A DNA stretch of 63,084 nt, counting the filler, from Rhabdomonas costata (Eukaryota), in assembly GCA_019059605.1 (NCBI GenBank). It is 44 parts of 44 records of this genome, joined end to end, with 100 filler letters (N's around TTAATTAATTAA, not from the genome) between each part and the next. Parts side by side here need not be neighbours in the genome. Positions count along the whole stretch, not along the records: positions 37,120 to 38,466 come from JAHMHO010018650.1; positions 38,567 to 39,913 come from JAHMHO010018651.1; positions 40,014 to 41,360 come from JAHMHO010018652.1; positions 41,461 to 42,807 come from JAHMHO010018653.1; positions 42,908 to 44,254 come from JAHMHO010018654.1; positions 44,355 to 45,700 come from JAHMHO010018655.1; positions 45,801 to 47,149 come from JAHMHO010018656.1; positions 47,250 to 48,596 come from JAHMHO010018657.1; 36 more parts are not named here. One strand, 5' to 3'. Of this stretch, positions 37,757 through 50,624 are shown one piece after another; positions within the stretch are counted from its first letter, which is position 1, and each line of letters starts with the position of its first letter. Made by a program: the position numbers and the translations under genes. The notes under the pieces were generated by a model, which ran no database searches, had not been told where the DNA came from, and was given only the letters and a program-made list of their open reading frames with translations.

Positions 37757-40331
37757 CGTAAGGTGCTAGCCTATCCTCCGCACTTCTCTCTCATGTGGAC
37801 GCGCATGTGCAGCGGAGCGCATTACACTTCCTTACCTCGGCAGCGTTCACACCCCTTGAGCCCCTTTTCCCCTGCTCTTACTCCTCTCTCACAGGTATCT
37901 CTGGTGTCTGTGTGTCTGTGTGTCTGTGTTTCAGTGGTCGTATGGGTGTGGGAGCTGTGTCGCCTTTGGTGAGAAGGCTTCGCTGCTAAGCACAGTGGAA
38001 GATGGGGCAGGACTCGACCTATTTCGGCGTGTCTGTCGGTATCGAAGTTGTGATGCATAGGGTGAGAGGGCTTCGGGCTGAACACACTACTGCAGATGGT
38101 GTGGTACCTCCGGTAACGTGGGTATGACCCCCCTGATTTTTCTTTTCCTATTTTTCTGGCCTTCCCATTGCCCATGGGATGACCAAGAAAGTTGTTGTTG
38201 TTTGCCCTTTACTCAGATGATCCCATTTTCGACCCTTCCCAACACGTCACCGAAGTATCCCACGAACAGCAACAGTTTTCGACCCACACAATCCCAGAAA
38301 GACTTTTTTCTCAATGATCACTGAGTCGATAGAATGAGCCGACGGGGCCCATTTCTTTCTCGCCTGCACGAGATGGGCCTTATGAGGCTTTTTGGCCTCG
38401 GACCTATTCCCCTTGCCCACCACCTCTTCCCCCGCAGCTTCATGGATGCCCACTACTCCACACAACNNNNNNNNNNNNNNNNNNNNNNNNNNNNNNNNNN
38501 NNNNNNNNNNTTAATTAATTAANNNNNNNNNNNNNNNNNNNNNNNNNNNNNNNNNNNNNNNNNNNNGTTTGTGGAGAAGCCCCAGCTTCGTGAATTGTAT
38601 CTGCCTGTTACTGCGCTGGGGCTTCCCCACTAGAGGAGTCTTTTGAATACGCAGCATGCCTTCGCTGGCCTAAAAGAATCTCTGACTGCTCTCTTCCATG
38701 GGTTATTCCTCGTGCACCAATTCAACTTTCACACCACGCGACTTTAGGGCCATGTGACTTTAGGGCTACTTCAGGGCTACCACGGGGGTTGTCTTGACTC
38801 ACAGTGGGATATGTGTCGAGACTTACTTGGAGGTTTGAGATGTATTGATTCTTCATGCCAAGACTGGCAAAAATGACAGCGACGGAATAGGGGATACAAT
38901 CATTCCCCATCTGCAGGAGTCGCTCAGTTGCTTTGTGTCGTACTATTTGTTGTATGCTGTCCGATTTGCCTGCTTTTTTTTAAGAGCTGGCCAAAGGCAG
39001 AAGGGTTGTAGGGTTGCACCGTTTCGGGGCGAGAACCACATGCCTACACCGCTGGTGCTGCTGCGCTATCTCCGAGTTCTCTGGTGGCTGATGCCCAAAG
39101 AGCGGCGCAAAGGTGTGAAAGAGGAGGTGATGATAAGTGGGCCCGCCACGGCTTGTCCATTCATCCATGTCGCCTCGTTCAAAAGCAACAGCTATAAAAA
39201 GGTAATTCATTCTCCAGGCTCGGGTCCCAGTGTGCTGTCCAACGTGACGATTCTGAATTTGGGTTGTGGGTACTCACAGTAGTCGCACATTTGGAATGGG
39301 GCACCCACAGTGGCATGGATGTTCTTGGTTTATCTTATGGCTGATATCAAACTTCTGTGGCTGGTTTGTTCCACTTAAGACTCCACGGACGGTTGCCGGA
39401 TGCCGGATGCCGTGATTTATCCGAAGCCATCGGCCACAGAGGGGCGTTGAGAAATAATACTTAGCTGAGAAGGCACGCTTTCAAATATGAGCCCCACCGT
39501 ATTATAGAAGGATGTCAGTATTAGATCCCTTGACCAATCCGGCCTGGTCCGGGACTATCTGGGTTTTAGGACTGAAACCAGTGAACATAAAACGGTCCCT
39601 GTGTTTTTCCTTTTGCACCTGTCGCATCTTTTATGATCAAGGTATATACATGCGCATATCTGCCAAACAATTCACAGATACACTGCTCCCCATCACGGAA
39701 GGCAGGGACCACCACTTGAGGCATCAACACCGCATCATCCCGCACGCCATGTGCTTACGGCAGACACATACACGCACTACTCGTGATGATTTTTTGCAAC
39801 AGACCTGGCGAGGGTGCTGAGGGGGCCCTCAGGAAGCCGCACTGCTCGCCGCGCGGGAGTCCTGGCAACCACGTCTGCCCTTGCCGTATGGATGCACCTG
39901 GACACCCCCCCACNNNNNNNNNNNNNNNNNNNNNNNNNNNNNNNNNNNNNNNNNNNNTTAATTAATTAANNNNNNNNNNNNNNNNNNNNNNNNNNNNNNN
40001 NNNNNNNNNNNNNCCTTTCCTGGCTCCGGTTGAGACTCCGATAGGCTTACTCCTGACGCCTCGTCAGAATCCGTTGACCCCGCCACGCGAGCGGTTTTCC
40101 TTGGCAGTGCGCAACACACGCAAAGCCGTTGGATGTTCGTAGCGGGCGCCTCGTCGCAGGAAGATGACTCCTTCCGAATTAAGCCCAGCGCCTCGTCTAC
40201 ACCCGGTAGTCCGCCCTTACTGATACAATTACCGTACAATACTTGTAACACTCTCCCCAGCTCTACACAACAACACGCTCCGTCCTGGACAGCGTGGGGC
40301 TCACCCTCACCTCTGGAGACAGGCGACCATC

Positions 40332-40976
40332 TCATCTCCCGCCCCAGTTTGACCTCTCAAAACCAACCCTACGCCATCCATCTCCACCTCCAACCGACCC
40401 GCTACCCAACCCCCTGTGCTCCTCCTCCTCCTTTCTGGGTGACTCGGTCTTCCGCTGGGGACATTCTCTGATAAAGTGCCCAACTTGGCCACAGTAGTTA
40501 CAGGTACGATCCTGCGGATATTGGTGAGACGGGTTTGCTGTCTCGACTGGCGGGGGACGGTAGCCTCTGGATACTCCGCTCGTAAACTTCGTCTCGGGCG
40601 TGAGAACGTCGGTCACCTCGGTCTCGAGGTGAGTCCCTTCTGTCTCTGTCCTGATAGCGGTCCCGATCGAGGCCTCGTTCGTAAACGTTTCGTGTGGAGT
40701 CGCGCGCGTCTCGGCGTGGGCTCCGATCACCTCGATATTTTCCGCGGTAGAATCTCTTTTGTCGCGTTCCCTATACGGTGACTCTCTTCTGTCACGGCCC
40801 CTGTTGGAACTCACGGGGCGGCGCTCTGAAGGGCGCTCGTCCCAATGTCGGTAACTGCTGGCAACTGCGACGTTAGGCTTTGGGGTTGCTCCGTTAGTTG
40901 GAAAAGCAGCAGTTGAGAGAGCCAAACAGGCTCCAAGTCCATGGGTGTGTGACAGGTCGGCGGCGTACAACTCCAT
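40332..40976 (-). CDS. gag: Gag-like fragment with CCHC zinc knuckle (possibly degenerate)
   Basis: TCNYCGQVGHFIRECP (C-X2-C-X4-H-X4-C); an Arg/Asp-rich tract continues in another frame, suggesting compensating frameshifts. Confidence 0.7.
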   Translation of the reverse strand: MELYAADLSHTHGLGACLALSTAAFPTNGATPKPNVAVASSYRHWDERPSERRPVSSNRGRDRRESPYRERDKRDSTAENIEVIGAHAETRATPHETFTNEASIGTAIRTETEGTHLETEVTDVLTPETKFTSGVSRGYRPPPVETANPSHQYPQDRTCNYCGQVGHFIRECPQRKTESPRKEEEEHRGLGSGSVGGGDGWRRVGFERSNWGGR

Positions 40977-41324
40977 TGGAGTCGGCCACGTCTCAATGAT
41001 GCAAACACTGACGGGGGGCTGCGGTATGCTGACCCACGTACGTGAATCTGGGGTCTTGGTTTGACTCTGTGGGTCTTGACTGCGGAGGTTTCCTTAGAAG
41101 AAGACGGGGAGTGGTGGCACACTCATTATATCGCGGAGGGTGGATTCCCTTTTCAAAAGAATTTCTTCTCCATGAAAACCGGTAGAAAATAAGCGGTAGA
41201 AAATAAAACAAAACCTTCGAAATAAAGCACTTCTATTTCAAAGTCGTTAGAAATTGGACACATAGTCGGTAGTAAAAACCAACAAAGAAAACTCACACTG
41301 CTGAGGCCGTTAGGTCGCACCGAA

Positions 41325-41336
41325 CCTCTGCTACCA
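41325..41336 (-). promoter_or_regulatory. Primer-binding site complementary to the 3' end of initiator tRNA-Met
   Basis: TGGTAGCAGAGG is the complement of CCUCUGCUACCA, the 3' end of AGCAGAG-type eukaryotic tRNAiMet; lies 2 nt after a CA. Confidence 0.8.
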
Positions 41337-41904
41337 GGTGAGAGGGCTCGGTCTCCCGAANNNNNNNNNNNNNNNNNNNNNNNNNNNNNNNNNNNNNNNN
41401 NNNNTTAATTAATTAANNNNNNNNNNNNNNNNNNNNNNNNNNNNNNNNNNNNNNNNNNNNGTGGGGGTTGTCAGCCAGCATTCTTTTTCACGGTTCGACG
41501 CTGGCCCCGCTCAGAAAAACGGGCGACGGTGAGGGCAACTCTGGCACCAACCCTGAGGGGGGGTTGAGTGAGTATATTGAGTAGTTGTGGCATGCGAACT
41601 TTGCTGCGATGTTTCTGAGGAGTACAGTTGTTAGTTGCAGGGGGGGGGTACAGGCGGTTGCTGTCCTATTAGCAGACCCTGTGCCAGGAAAAACGGAGAG
41701 GTGTTCGCAAGTATTTTGTGTCCACGCGAGAAAGGCGACAAAGGGCAGTGAGCTTGATATGCAGCTCGGTTTGACTCAACCGCTGCGAAGAGCATGCAAC
41801 CCGACCGACCCATGGACCATCCTATCACAGCTCACAGAAGGGTCTCCGGGGCTGCAAGAGAAAGCCTGAGGAGAAGGGGAACCAAAAAGAGGAGTGGACG
41901 ACAC

Positions 41905-42769
41905 TCATGATCCACCTCCAGGTTGGCTGCCAACGGCTCCTCCACGTAGTGCCGCAAGTTAACGTACGCCCCCTCCCGACAGATTTGGATTTGGGGCTCA
42001 TCGGAGACCAACCCAAACCTAGAGCAAGGGCCAGAGCGCAAAAGAACCGGCTGCCTCTGGCAGCCAAAGCGGCTCTTGCTGCGACGAGGGTCTGGATTCA
42101 ACTGTAGCATCTAACAGACACCGCGAACAGAGACTTTCACGGTGTGTACGAAGAGTTCTCATCAGTGGAGTTGTTTTGAGCGGGTGAACGTTGCCCAAGG
42201 AGAGTGGAGAGTTTCCGCTGCCATGTGCCGCAAAATCGACACATCTGTTCGGCGTTCTCGTGTGGCTGAGCGAACCAGCTTAGGTTCGTCCAATATCTTA
42301 CAACATTGGTGATTATTTAACCCCCACAATCACCACCGAAAAATGAATGTCATCGGACCCCAGGTGGTGCAACGAAACGGACAACAAGCTTCCGTGGCGG
42401 TCACCATTCCGAAGGAGAACCGGTCATGGACGTGCTCGCAGAAATTCCAAATTCCCTCATTGCATAGGCGAAGAGTCACCTATTTATTCACATAGCTGAC
42501 CCGCATCCGTATCTGCCAACCATCAAAGCATCATGCGCTCTCTAGTACAATTAGCAGGTGCCCTGCATCGCGGGTGGTGTGTGCGCGTGTGTGTGTCGGG
42601 TGGGTGGGGGAGATGGAGAGCGGTTGAGTTGGTGCCTGCAGTTCAGAGTGTCAATGATCCTCGAGTACCGCAACGCCTCCTGAAGGGCGTATCGCCGGTT
42701 GCGGCGGTGGGGGAAGTGATTAATCCTCCACCTCTGCCACTCTCCAAGACGGTCCCGCAGCACCACGGG
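41905..42769 (-). CDS. Hypothetical protein, two exons (42769-42636, 42018-41905) joined by a candidate GC-AG intron
   Basis: ...SRIIDTLNCR/FGLVSDEPQIQICREGAYVNLRHY...; phase-2 join restores an Arg codon; GCACCA donor, TAG acceptor. Confidence 0.5.
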
Positions 42770-44022
42770 CTGCGCGTGGAGAAACAGACCGCGTTTCGAA
42801 AAAAAACNNNNNNNNNNNNNNNNNNNNNNNNNNNNNNNNNNNNNNNNNNNNTTAATTAATTAANNNNNNNNNNNNNNNNNNNNNNNNNNNNNNNNNNNNN
42901 NNNNNNNGTTTTTTGGTGTCCAGAAGAAGTGGTTGGTTATATTATCATGAAAATATTGCAGCGTAGGTGCGTGATTGTTAATGCATGCATAGGGTGAGTA
43001 GGCAAGCCTGAGTTCATGTTTGTGTGTGTCTGTGTGTGCGACTTCGCGCACCTGTGTGCTCACTTCGAAGACACCTGTTCCATTGTTCCGTGTCGGATGT
43101 GGGATTGAAGGCACCTTTCCTCATCATCGCATTGTCCGCATCATCTTGGAAATGAACGGGAGGGAGGAGTTACAGCACTCTGTGGTTCGGGTGCAGAGTA
43201 TTTTTGTGTGTGCGTGGGTGTTTGGCAGGTACAGCCCAGGCTTTGCTGTGCCAGCCCGCGGAGTCCCCGCTGGGGCTTCCCTTTCAGGGCACCCTTGCGG
43301 TGCACACCCCTGCAGCGGTGGCAGCGTCCGCTGTGGCACTCACGGGCAGTGTTTACAGTGAAGCTTCCAACAGGACTGAGGTCTCTTTTCCTTCATAGTC
43401 ACGTCACACACATACACACGATGTAGTGGCAGTAAGCCAATCGCCGAGGGCACACGTCGAAGCGGCCAACCATCTCCGGGCACTTCCGCAGCACACGACA
43501 ACAAAAGACAGAGGAACACCAGAAGAACGAGACATCAGCTTCACCTCCGCCAGTGCGCCATCCGCTCAACATATGAGAAACATATGAGATGAGCTGGAGA
43601 AGGGAGCGATGGTCCATGATTGGGGATGGTGATGATCCGATACCCCCCCCCCTTCAGGACAGATGGCTCGAGGCGCGAGAACTCTGTCTTTGTCATATCA
43701 GCCAACAGACAACTACACAGATTTCACAAGACAAGCACACAAATTTCCAGATCAAAGCCTCATAACACAAACAACCCCCCCGCGGACAGTTATATCACGC
43801 CAGTGTACGCCGTCGTTTCTCCATTCGACTCTCTTGGCATTCGAAGATTTCGCCCGAAGTTCATAATCATTTATTGTGCAGAATGCGCTCCCCGAGGAAT
43901 GGGAGGGGTTATCCGCGGTTAAATTCTGTCTTAGAGAGTTGGAAGAATGATGTTTGAAATCAGAAGAAAGGTCCCAGCTGACCACACGAAAGCCCTCCAA
44001 GGTATCGTTTATCTGACCTCAG

Positions 44023-44175
44023 GCCCAAGTTACGTTCAGCGTCCTCCCCGCCAGCCTGACCGTGGAGAACATTTCCCTGGCTGGGGTCAGCCTGGGCGAG
44101 TATCACCTTTCCTTCACTGTGGCCATCCTGGGGCCCTCTGATGCCAGCAATATCACCCTCGCCGTTACCATAGAG
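44023..44175 (+). CDS. Exon encoding a beta-rich, probably extracellular segment
   Basis: 51 codons phase 0-0, CAG/GTGTCT boundaries, NIS and NIT sequons, GEYHLSFTV strand. Confidence 0.55.
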
Positions 44176-47100
44176 GTGTCTGTTGTGATGGGGCGGGGGG
44201 CTGCGGTTTCAAGCAGCCCAAGATGCATGGCATCCCTGTGCTACCCCCACCACCNNNNNNNNNNNNNNNNNNNNNNNNNNNNNNNNNNNNNNNNNNNNTT
44301 AATTAATTAANNNNNNNNNNNNNNNNNNNNNNNNNNNNNNNNNNNNNNNNNNNNTTTTGGGTGGTGGGCGGGGGCCCGGAAAGCGCGCCCCCGAACTCGT
44401 CGTTGGGATGAGACGAGGGCTGTGGAGGTGCGCGGGAGCAGTGTGTGCCTTCGTCAGGAGACGGTGGAGGGAAGTCGGCTCCCATTCACCAAACATCCTC
44501 TTATGGGACAAAATTTCGAGGCTGGTAGTTCAGAGACCTTTGCTCTTGTCTCCTTCGGTCATTGTAAAAAAAACCACAGAATGACAGAATTTTTGAAATG
44601 GAACGGTTTCGGGCAGTGCACGGCAGTTAGCAAAATGATTGGCGGTTGAAAAAGATGAAAGAGATGGCGGACACACACTTGAGCAAGACTGCCTCTTTTG
44701 AGAAAAGAAAAACACAATCACCCAAAAAGGCGATTTGCATATTTGCGCAGGAGTGAGCAACAAGAATTGGAAAGCGAGATAAGTGTGATGATGGAGAAAA
44801 GCAGCTCACCGCCACCGCCACCGCCACGCAGTCGTGTGTGAAGGACACTATATGTTTAGCGGGCCGAGGCATTTATGTCCCACGCAGGCACCTGCTGACC
44901 CCCAAGTTTCACAGGGAATCCTGGGGGGGGGGGCAGAGTTGCCTTCACCCGTGCGCCTACTCGAAGCCAGCGTGTTTAGACCGTGATATGGATATGGATA
45001 TAGATTCGAGCCGATTTTGGTGCCTGAAAGTATCCGTTCCAGCGTTTGCCATGCAACTCAGCGAGCAAACCTAACCTCGGAGTCTCGTTCCGTGGTGAAA
45101 TTTGTAATGACAGCTGGGACAGGTCATACACAGGGCATTATTTTGATGGAGGGCCTCCAGCGGGATTTCAAGCTCTCCCGATGCCCGCCCGCTTCTCGGG
45201 GTACGGGTCACCTCTGCTGCTGGGCGAAGGTCTCAATGGCACATTACACCGCGGTTCAAGGGAGCTCCAACCTTCTGCGCTCGCCCAGTCTTCATATCGC
45301 TCGGTGGCCTCACTTCAACTTCTGCCTGGGATCCTCAGGACATCTTGTTACCACGAAGAGCCCAACCGTGGCGCCGTCCCTGGAGCTCTTCACCAGGACG
45401 CGGGACTTGGGGACCTTTTTGGATCCTTATGTGCCGCTCTTTACGGCCTTCTCGTCATTCTTTCACTGTTTGTTGGGCTCGAGCTGCTACTGGAGGCTGG
45501 CAGCTGGCTCCTTGCTTTTCTCCTTGTTCGCTGGCTTCCCGGAAGGGTCACACGCACACACTTAAGCAAGACTGCCTTTTTGCGGAGACAAAAAACACAA
45601 CCACCTCAACAGGCAATTTGCAAAAAGCAACCTGCAAAGAAGAAGAAGAGAGCGTTTTGCACACTATGACGCGACGCCATCATGACCCTGAACCCCAACA
45701 NNNNNNNNNNNNNNNNNNNNNNNNNNNNNNNNNNNNNNNNNNNNTTAATTAATTAANNNNNNNNNNNNNNNNNNNNNNNNNNNNNNNNNNNNNNNNNNNN
45801 GTGTTGGGTGTGGTTGGGGTTTTTGGGAACAGTTCATTTTGATGTTTTTGTAATTTTGGACTTGTTTGGTGATTGCTTGGGAAACTCTCCTTTTTGAGTG
45901 AAAGGCGCCATATGGATATGGTGGGTCGTGTGTGTGTGTGTGTGTGTGTGTTGAGTTGAGTGCCCTGGCACACCGTTTCCCTCGCTCGGTACTTTTTAAA
46001 TCGGCAGCTATCTGGGAAATGCGCTGAATGGTGTCACTCCCGAGTGCACAGCTCTCGTTGATTTCAGGATCAGAACCTATTTTCGTCGGTTCGCTTGAGG
46101 TGATGGAGAAGCTATCGCATGCGCATGGGCTGGGTTGAACTGGGTTGAACTGGGTGGGATGTGTCAGATGCGAGGAAAGAAACTGTGCCGGTCGGGGTGC
46201 TGGATATCGGGGCACCGCTTGGGCAACCTTCGGAGCAGGAGAGCTCTCTGCCTTCCAGGTACGCCTCGAAATCGATGAAATTCTTGATAAGTTCAAAAAG
46301 ACCTGGCCATTTGATTCGGGCCGAGTTTTTGCAACCAATTATTTGCTTGCTTTATGATTAGGTGTGCTGATTGTTTTTAAGGTTGGGATGTTGACGTCCC
46401 CCGTCCCCCTGCTCATCTTACCCCGAAGGGCGCCGATGGGCGTTCCACAGGCCGCAATCAATCAATGCTTTCCGTTATCCAAATTACGGGTTACCTTACT
46501 TGGTTTCCGCGGTGATTTCGGTTCGAGGCGAATCTCTCCTCCCTTTAATCGCAGGATTCCACTCAGCACACCAACAAATAGAGATGATAGCAGCGCCAAC
46601 CCACTGCAGTGGTCGAATTGAACTGTGGAAACCTGCATTTTAAAACAATTGCTGAAGTGCAATGGATGTTAGTGAGAGGGGAGAGGGGAGTGGTAACGGT
46701 TTCCAATTGTAACAAAAAACGGCATACCTTCGGAATCCCGGCTCAAGGAAGTTCAATGAGAAACCGGAAGGAATCACTGAAAGCAACCACTTTTAATGCA
46801 CAGTAGGAGTGAAAAAATGGGTCAGCGTCTCTAGGGAGGTTTCTACGCCATTGGTACTCCTTCGTACGCAACACGAACCCAGAAATACATTGAGAACCAA
46901 CCCGGAAGAACCCTTATCGCTGCACTACTGGCCAATGGTACCACCACAGGAACACTTGTCCTTGTCACGCAGTACTCCATACTTTGTCAAAAAGCTCTCA
47001 GCTTCATCTCTTCAGCACAAAGACTCTCCAAATCAAATAAAGAATAAACATGGCTAATCTGCACATAACAGAAGTCTCTCTAACCCTAGAAAAGGTTCTG

Positions 47101-49065
47101 AGGGGGCTCCGCCCCTCCCCCCCCCCGCATGTGCCCTAACCTCCTGCGANNNNNNNNNNNNNNNNNNNNNNNNNNNNNNNNNNNNNNNNNNNNTTAATTA
47201 ATTAANNNNNNNNNNNNNNNNNNNNNNNNNNNNNNNNNNNNNNNNNNNNTCGGGAGGAACTGGTGGAAGGCACGATCTGATCCAAAAGGGGTTTTTGTGT
47301 GGGCAGAAGCCAATGCGTAAGAAGGATGCTTCATGGGAATGCACAAAGGACTGAGGCATCATGGGATATGAGATGCTGACTTAACAGTGCTTGAGGCTGA
47401 GTTCTGTGTTCTGAGCGGCCACAACAATGATGCCCCACCTCGAGACTACCTGACGCGGCTGGTCGCGGACTTCTGGGATGGCGACATCCGGGAGTACCGG
47501 CGGATGCGCGTGATGATGATGCCTCCGGCCTTGTTATTTTTGTTATTTTTGTTGTTTTAGTTATTTTTGTGTCTCTTTTGGAATAATACGTTTGCGCGGA
47601 AGAAGCAAAACTATCTGTGCTAGCGCCCAGCTTCGGCCCTGGGAAAAAGGCAGTCCCGGACTACAAAAAAAGCTCCGGGCCTTCCTCTTCGACTTCAAGT
47701 TCAGGAATTGTCCGCATGAACGATGGTATCCGCTCTGTTTTGATTATTCGTGATGGGGGCCCTTTTTTTAACACAGCCACGAAAGAGCACACAAACCAGG
47801 CGCACAAAGAAGGGAACAACAAACCAGCTGTGGAGAGGTACACCGTCGCACCTGCCTTGCTCCCGGAGGACCAGATGCTCCTGATCAACCGCCACGCCAG
47901 CTATACTTCACGGGCAGGATCCGTTTTCACGGTTTTGTGGGGACTTTTGTCAAAGCCCTGACGGGTTCGGCTCCGCCGGAGGAGCGTTCCAGAAAATTTG
48001 GGAAAATGCCGGCCACGAGGCCCGCAGCAGGACGTATGTTAGTAATCCATCGGAAGACAATACGACATAGCGGTAACAGTATACGGGTTATCTCGTGATC
48101 CGGCGGTGTCCGCACACACAACAATCATCCAAACCACACAACAGATGGCACACGCGCAAACGCACAAGAGAAAAGGTGGTAAATCACTTTAATTGCTGTT
48201 TCAACAACCACTCTATGGCCGAGAATTTGAAAATACGATCTTCACTGTTTGTTTTAGCTTTTATTGGGTAGAACGTTTTGAGGTTTGATACTTTTCACAG
48301 GATGAGGACGCAAACATATGGCCATTCCATAGCAACACGTTCGCCGAACACCGTTTAAATTTGGCGTGGTGGTAGTGATCGTGGTTGGTTTGCAACCAGT
48401 GCCTTTATTTTTATATGTATTTCTATCTCCCTCGGTTGAGGCACACGGCGGTTTTTGGAAAATGAATGGATCTACGCTTTTTTAGGATGACTAATGGCAT
48501 AATTCTGGGTGGTAAAAAGTGGAATTAAAAGCTGATTACAAACAATGGCAGAGATAGTAAAAGAAGTTGAAAGTAAATGGCTCATGAAGAAATGCCNNNN
48601 NNNNNNNNNNNNNNNNNNNNNNNNNNNNNNNNNNNNNNNNTTAATTAATTAANNNNNNNNNNNNNNNNNNNNNNNNNNNNNNNNNNNNNNNNNNNNGTTG
48701 TTTTCCGCGTGCTTTTGTTCCAGCGCTTTTGTTCGGGTGTGTCTGAGGGGGCGTTTTCCGAGGCATATTTCCTCTTCTCTTCACTGGCCAGCGAAAAAAA
48801 AAAAGAACAAGGTTGAAAACATTATCTCTAGTAAATCTCATTCAGTTGTCTCGCTTCGCGTCGCTGAGCACTTTTCACTCCTCTCATTCTCGCTATGTGC
48901 GTCGAGGACACCGGTTGTTTTGTTTTCGCTCCTGAGAGCTCCAAGTGTGAGACTCCTCAACGCCTTGGATCCGGCATTATTTTACTATATCACGGGAGGG
49001 GACTTCCCCCTTTGCAGGCAAGCCTGTTCTGATGTGCTGCTGTCATATTTTTGCTGCACACACAG

Positions 49066-49397
49066 ATGGGATTCAGCAATGCTCAGTCCACCTCGATGAA
49101 CGCCGCCTTCAGTATCCTGTGCTACATTACCCCCTTGCTGGGGGGCTGGCTGGCCGATGCCCAGCTGGGCCGCTACCGGACCATTCTGTGGTTTGCTATC
49201 ATCTATGTCGTTGGTAACGGCCTGGCCGCGGTGTCGGCGTGGCCCACCCTGCAGACCACGTGGCTTTACCTCTTCTCCACCATGGCCCTGGTCACCCTGG
49301 GCTGTGGCGGGATCAAGCCCAACATCGCCAACTTTGGTGGGGACCAGTACGACACCAGCGACCCCCAGCAGCAGCAGGATCAGAAGTCGTTTTTCAA
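49066..49397 (+). CDS. PTR2: POT/PTR2-family proton-dependent oligopeptide transporter exon
   Basis: YITPLLGGWLADAQLGRYRTI (PTR2_1 signature) and LGCGGIKPNIANFGGDQY; CAG acceptor, GTGTGC donor. Confidence 0.95.
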
Positions 49398-50481
49398 GTG
49401 TGCGCCAAGTGTACGCCTGAGTGACCCACACCGGCCACTTTTTTTGAAGGATAAATCGACCTGGGCAACTTATTTTTGGTTGAATTGTTTTGTACATGAT
49501 TTGGGTCGGCCTGTTTCCTTTTTCGCTCCCTCCCCTGAAGAGACACCACCAACACGTCAACAGCGGGACGCGCGGCTCACGCCACAGTGCAGAAGACAGG
49601 GCTTCCGTTCTGCACGGGGAGAGGATTCATTTTTTCAATTTTCTTGCCCACCTTTTTAAACTATTTTGAGGCCAAGAATCTTCAGCGGTTGAACTTTTTT
49701 TTTTGCGTCTTTTGGCTTTTTTCCCGAGTTTTTTTTATTAGGGTTGGGGTTGGCGTCTCTCCTGGGAGAGTGCTTTGGTTTTGGTGACTGGGGATCACGT
49801 GACTTTTTCTCTGACGCTCGTGCTTGTGACGCGAGGGCCTGCCAGCACATTCTCTTTCAACATGCGGAGCCAGATCACGGTGCAAATCAAGCGAGTGTCT
49901 CAGATTGACTGCACGTAGTGTTTGTTCTCGAACATGACATCCAGTTTTTCGCTCGTCTCTGCCCTTTCTGAAAGTCAAAGATGATGCAGAGAAAATCGAG
50001 CACGGCAATTTTACCTGCACATTTTTATCCCCCCCCCCACCCNNNNNNNNNNNNNNNNNNNNNNNNNNNNNNNNNNNNNNNNNNNNTTAATTAATTAANN
50101 NNNNNNNNNNNNNNNNNNNNNNNNNNNNNNNNNNNNNNNNNNCCCAACCAGGACTTCCCCCTGTGAAACACGGGGGCCAGCAGGTGCCTGGTTGGGGACA
50201 TAACTTGCCTCGGCGCGCTTAAATGGCGGAGTCTCGTTTCGTGGTGAAACTTTGGATGGCTACTGGGAAGGGTCAACCAGGGACCATCGTGTTCGACCGT
50301 GATATGGATACTTCGGTGCCTGACAGTATCCGTACCCGTGTTTACCCTTTAAACTCAACTCAGTTTGTAGTCTGAAGTAATAAGCGATAACCCAAGCACC
50401 GAGCATTTCTGTAGATCTGCAGATCGACAGGCACGATGCCCGCGCGTGTACACGTGTGCCTTTGGGGATCGGTCCCTTCAG

Positions 50482-50624
50482 GCTCAGCTGCCGCACAATA
50501 AGCACCTGCTGCTGGAAGTCGGCGCCACGGAAGTGGTGTGCGAGGCGGAGCAAAAGCTGCAGCTTGTCGCGGCCTCTTGCTTCTGCCCCGGATTGCATAC
50601 CCTACTGGGCAACCTCATCGCGAA
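50482..50624 (+). CDS. BK/Slo-type Ca2+-activated K+ channel RCK1-domain exon
   Basis: HNKHLL...VVCEAEQKLQLVAASCFCPGLHTLLGNL matches Slo1 HNKAHLL...[27 protein letters not shown]. Confidence 0.85.

Larger units (their letters stand above)
40014..41360 (-). mobile_element. Miniature gag-only LTR retrotransposon: 5' LTR end 41360-41339, PBS 41336-41325, internal region ~1.0 kb, PPT 40345-40335, 3' LTR from 40334
   Basis: Minus strand reads ...CTCTCA-cc-TGGTAGCAGAGG ... CCHC knuckle ... GGGGCGGGAGA-TGAGA...; termini TGAGA/TCTCA are inverted complements. Confidence 0.75.

Noticed and set aside
45017-45669. Overlapping 182-aa and 207-aa ORFs
   Set aside because: No recognisable motif or consistent codon bias, and no convincing frame on either strand
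47080-47141. taaccct/ccctaacc as telomeric repeat
   Set aside because: Isolated single units, no tandem array
47506-47837. Possible GC-AG intron joining two small exons
   Set aside because: A GT donor at 47510 is equally plausible and there is no homology to decide
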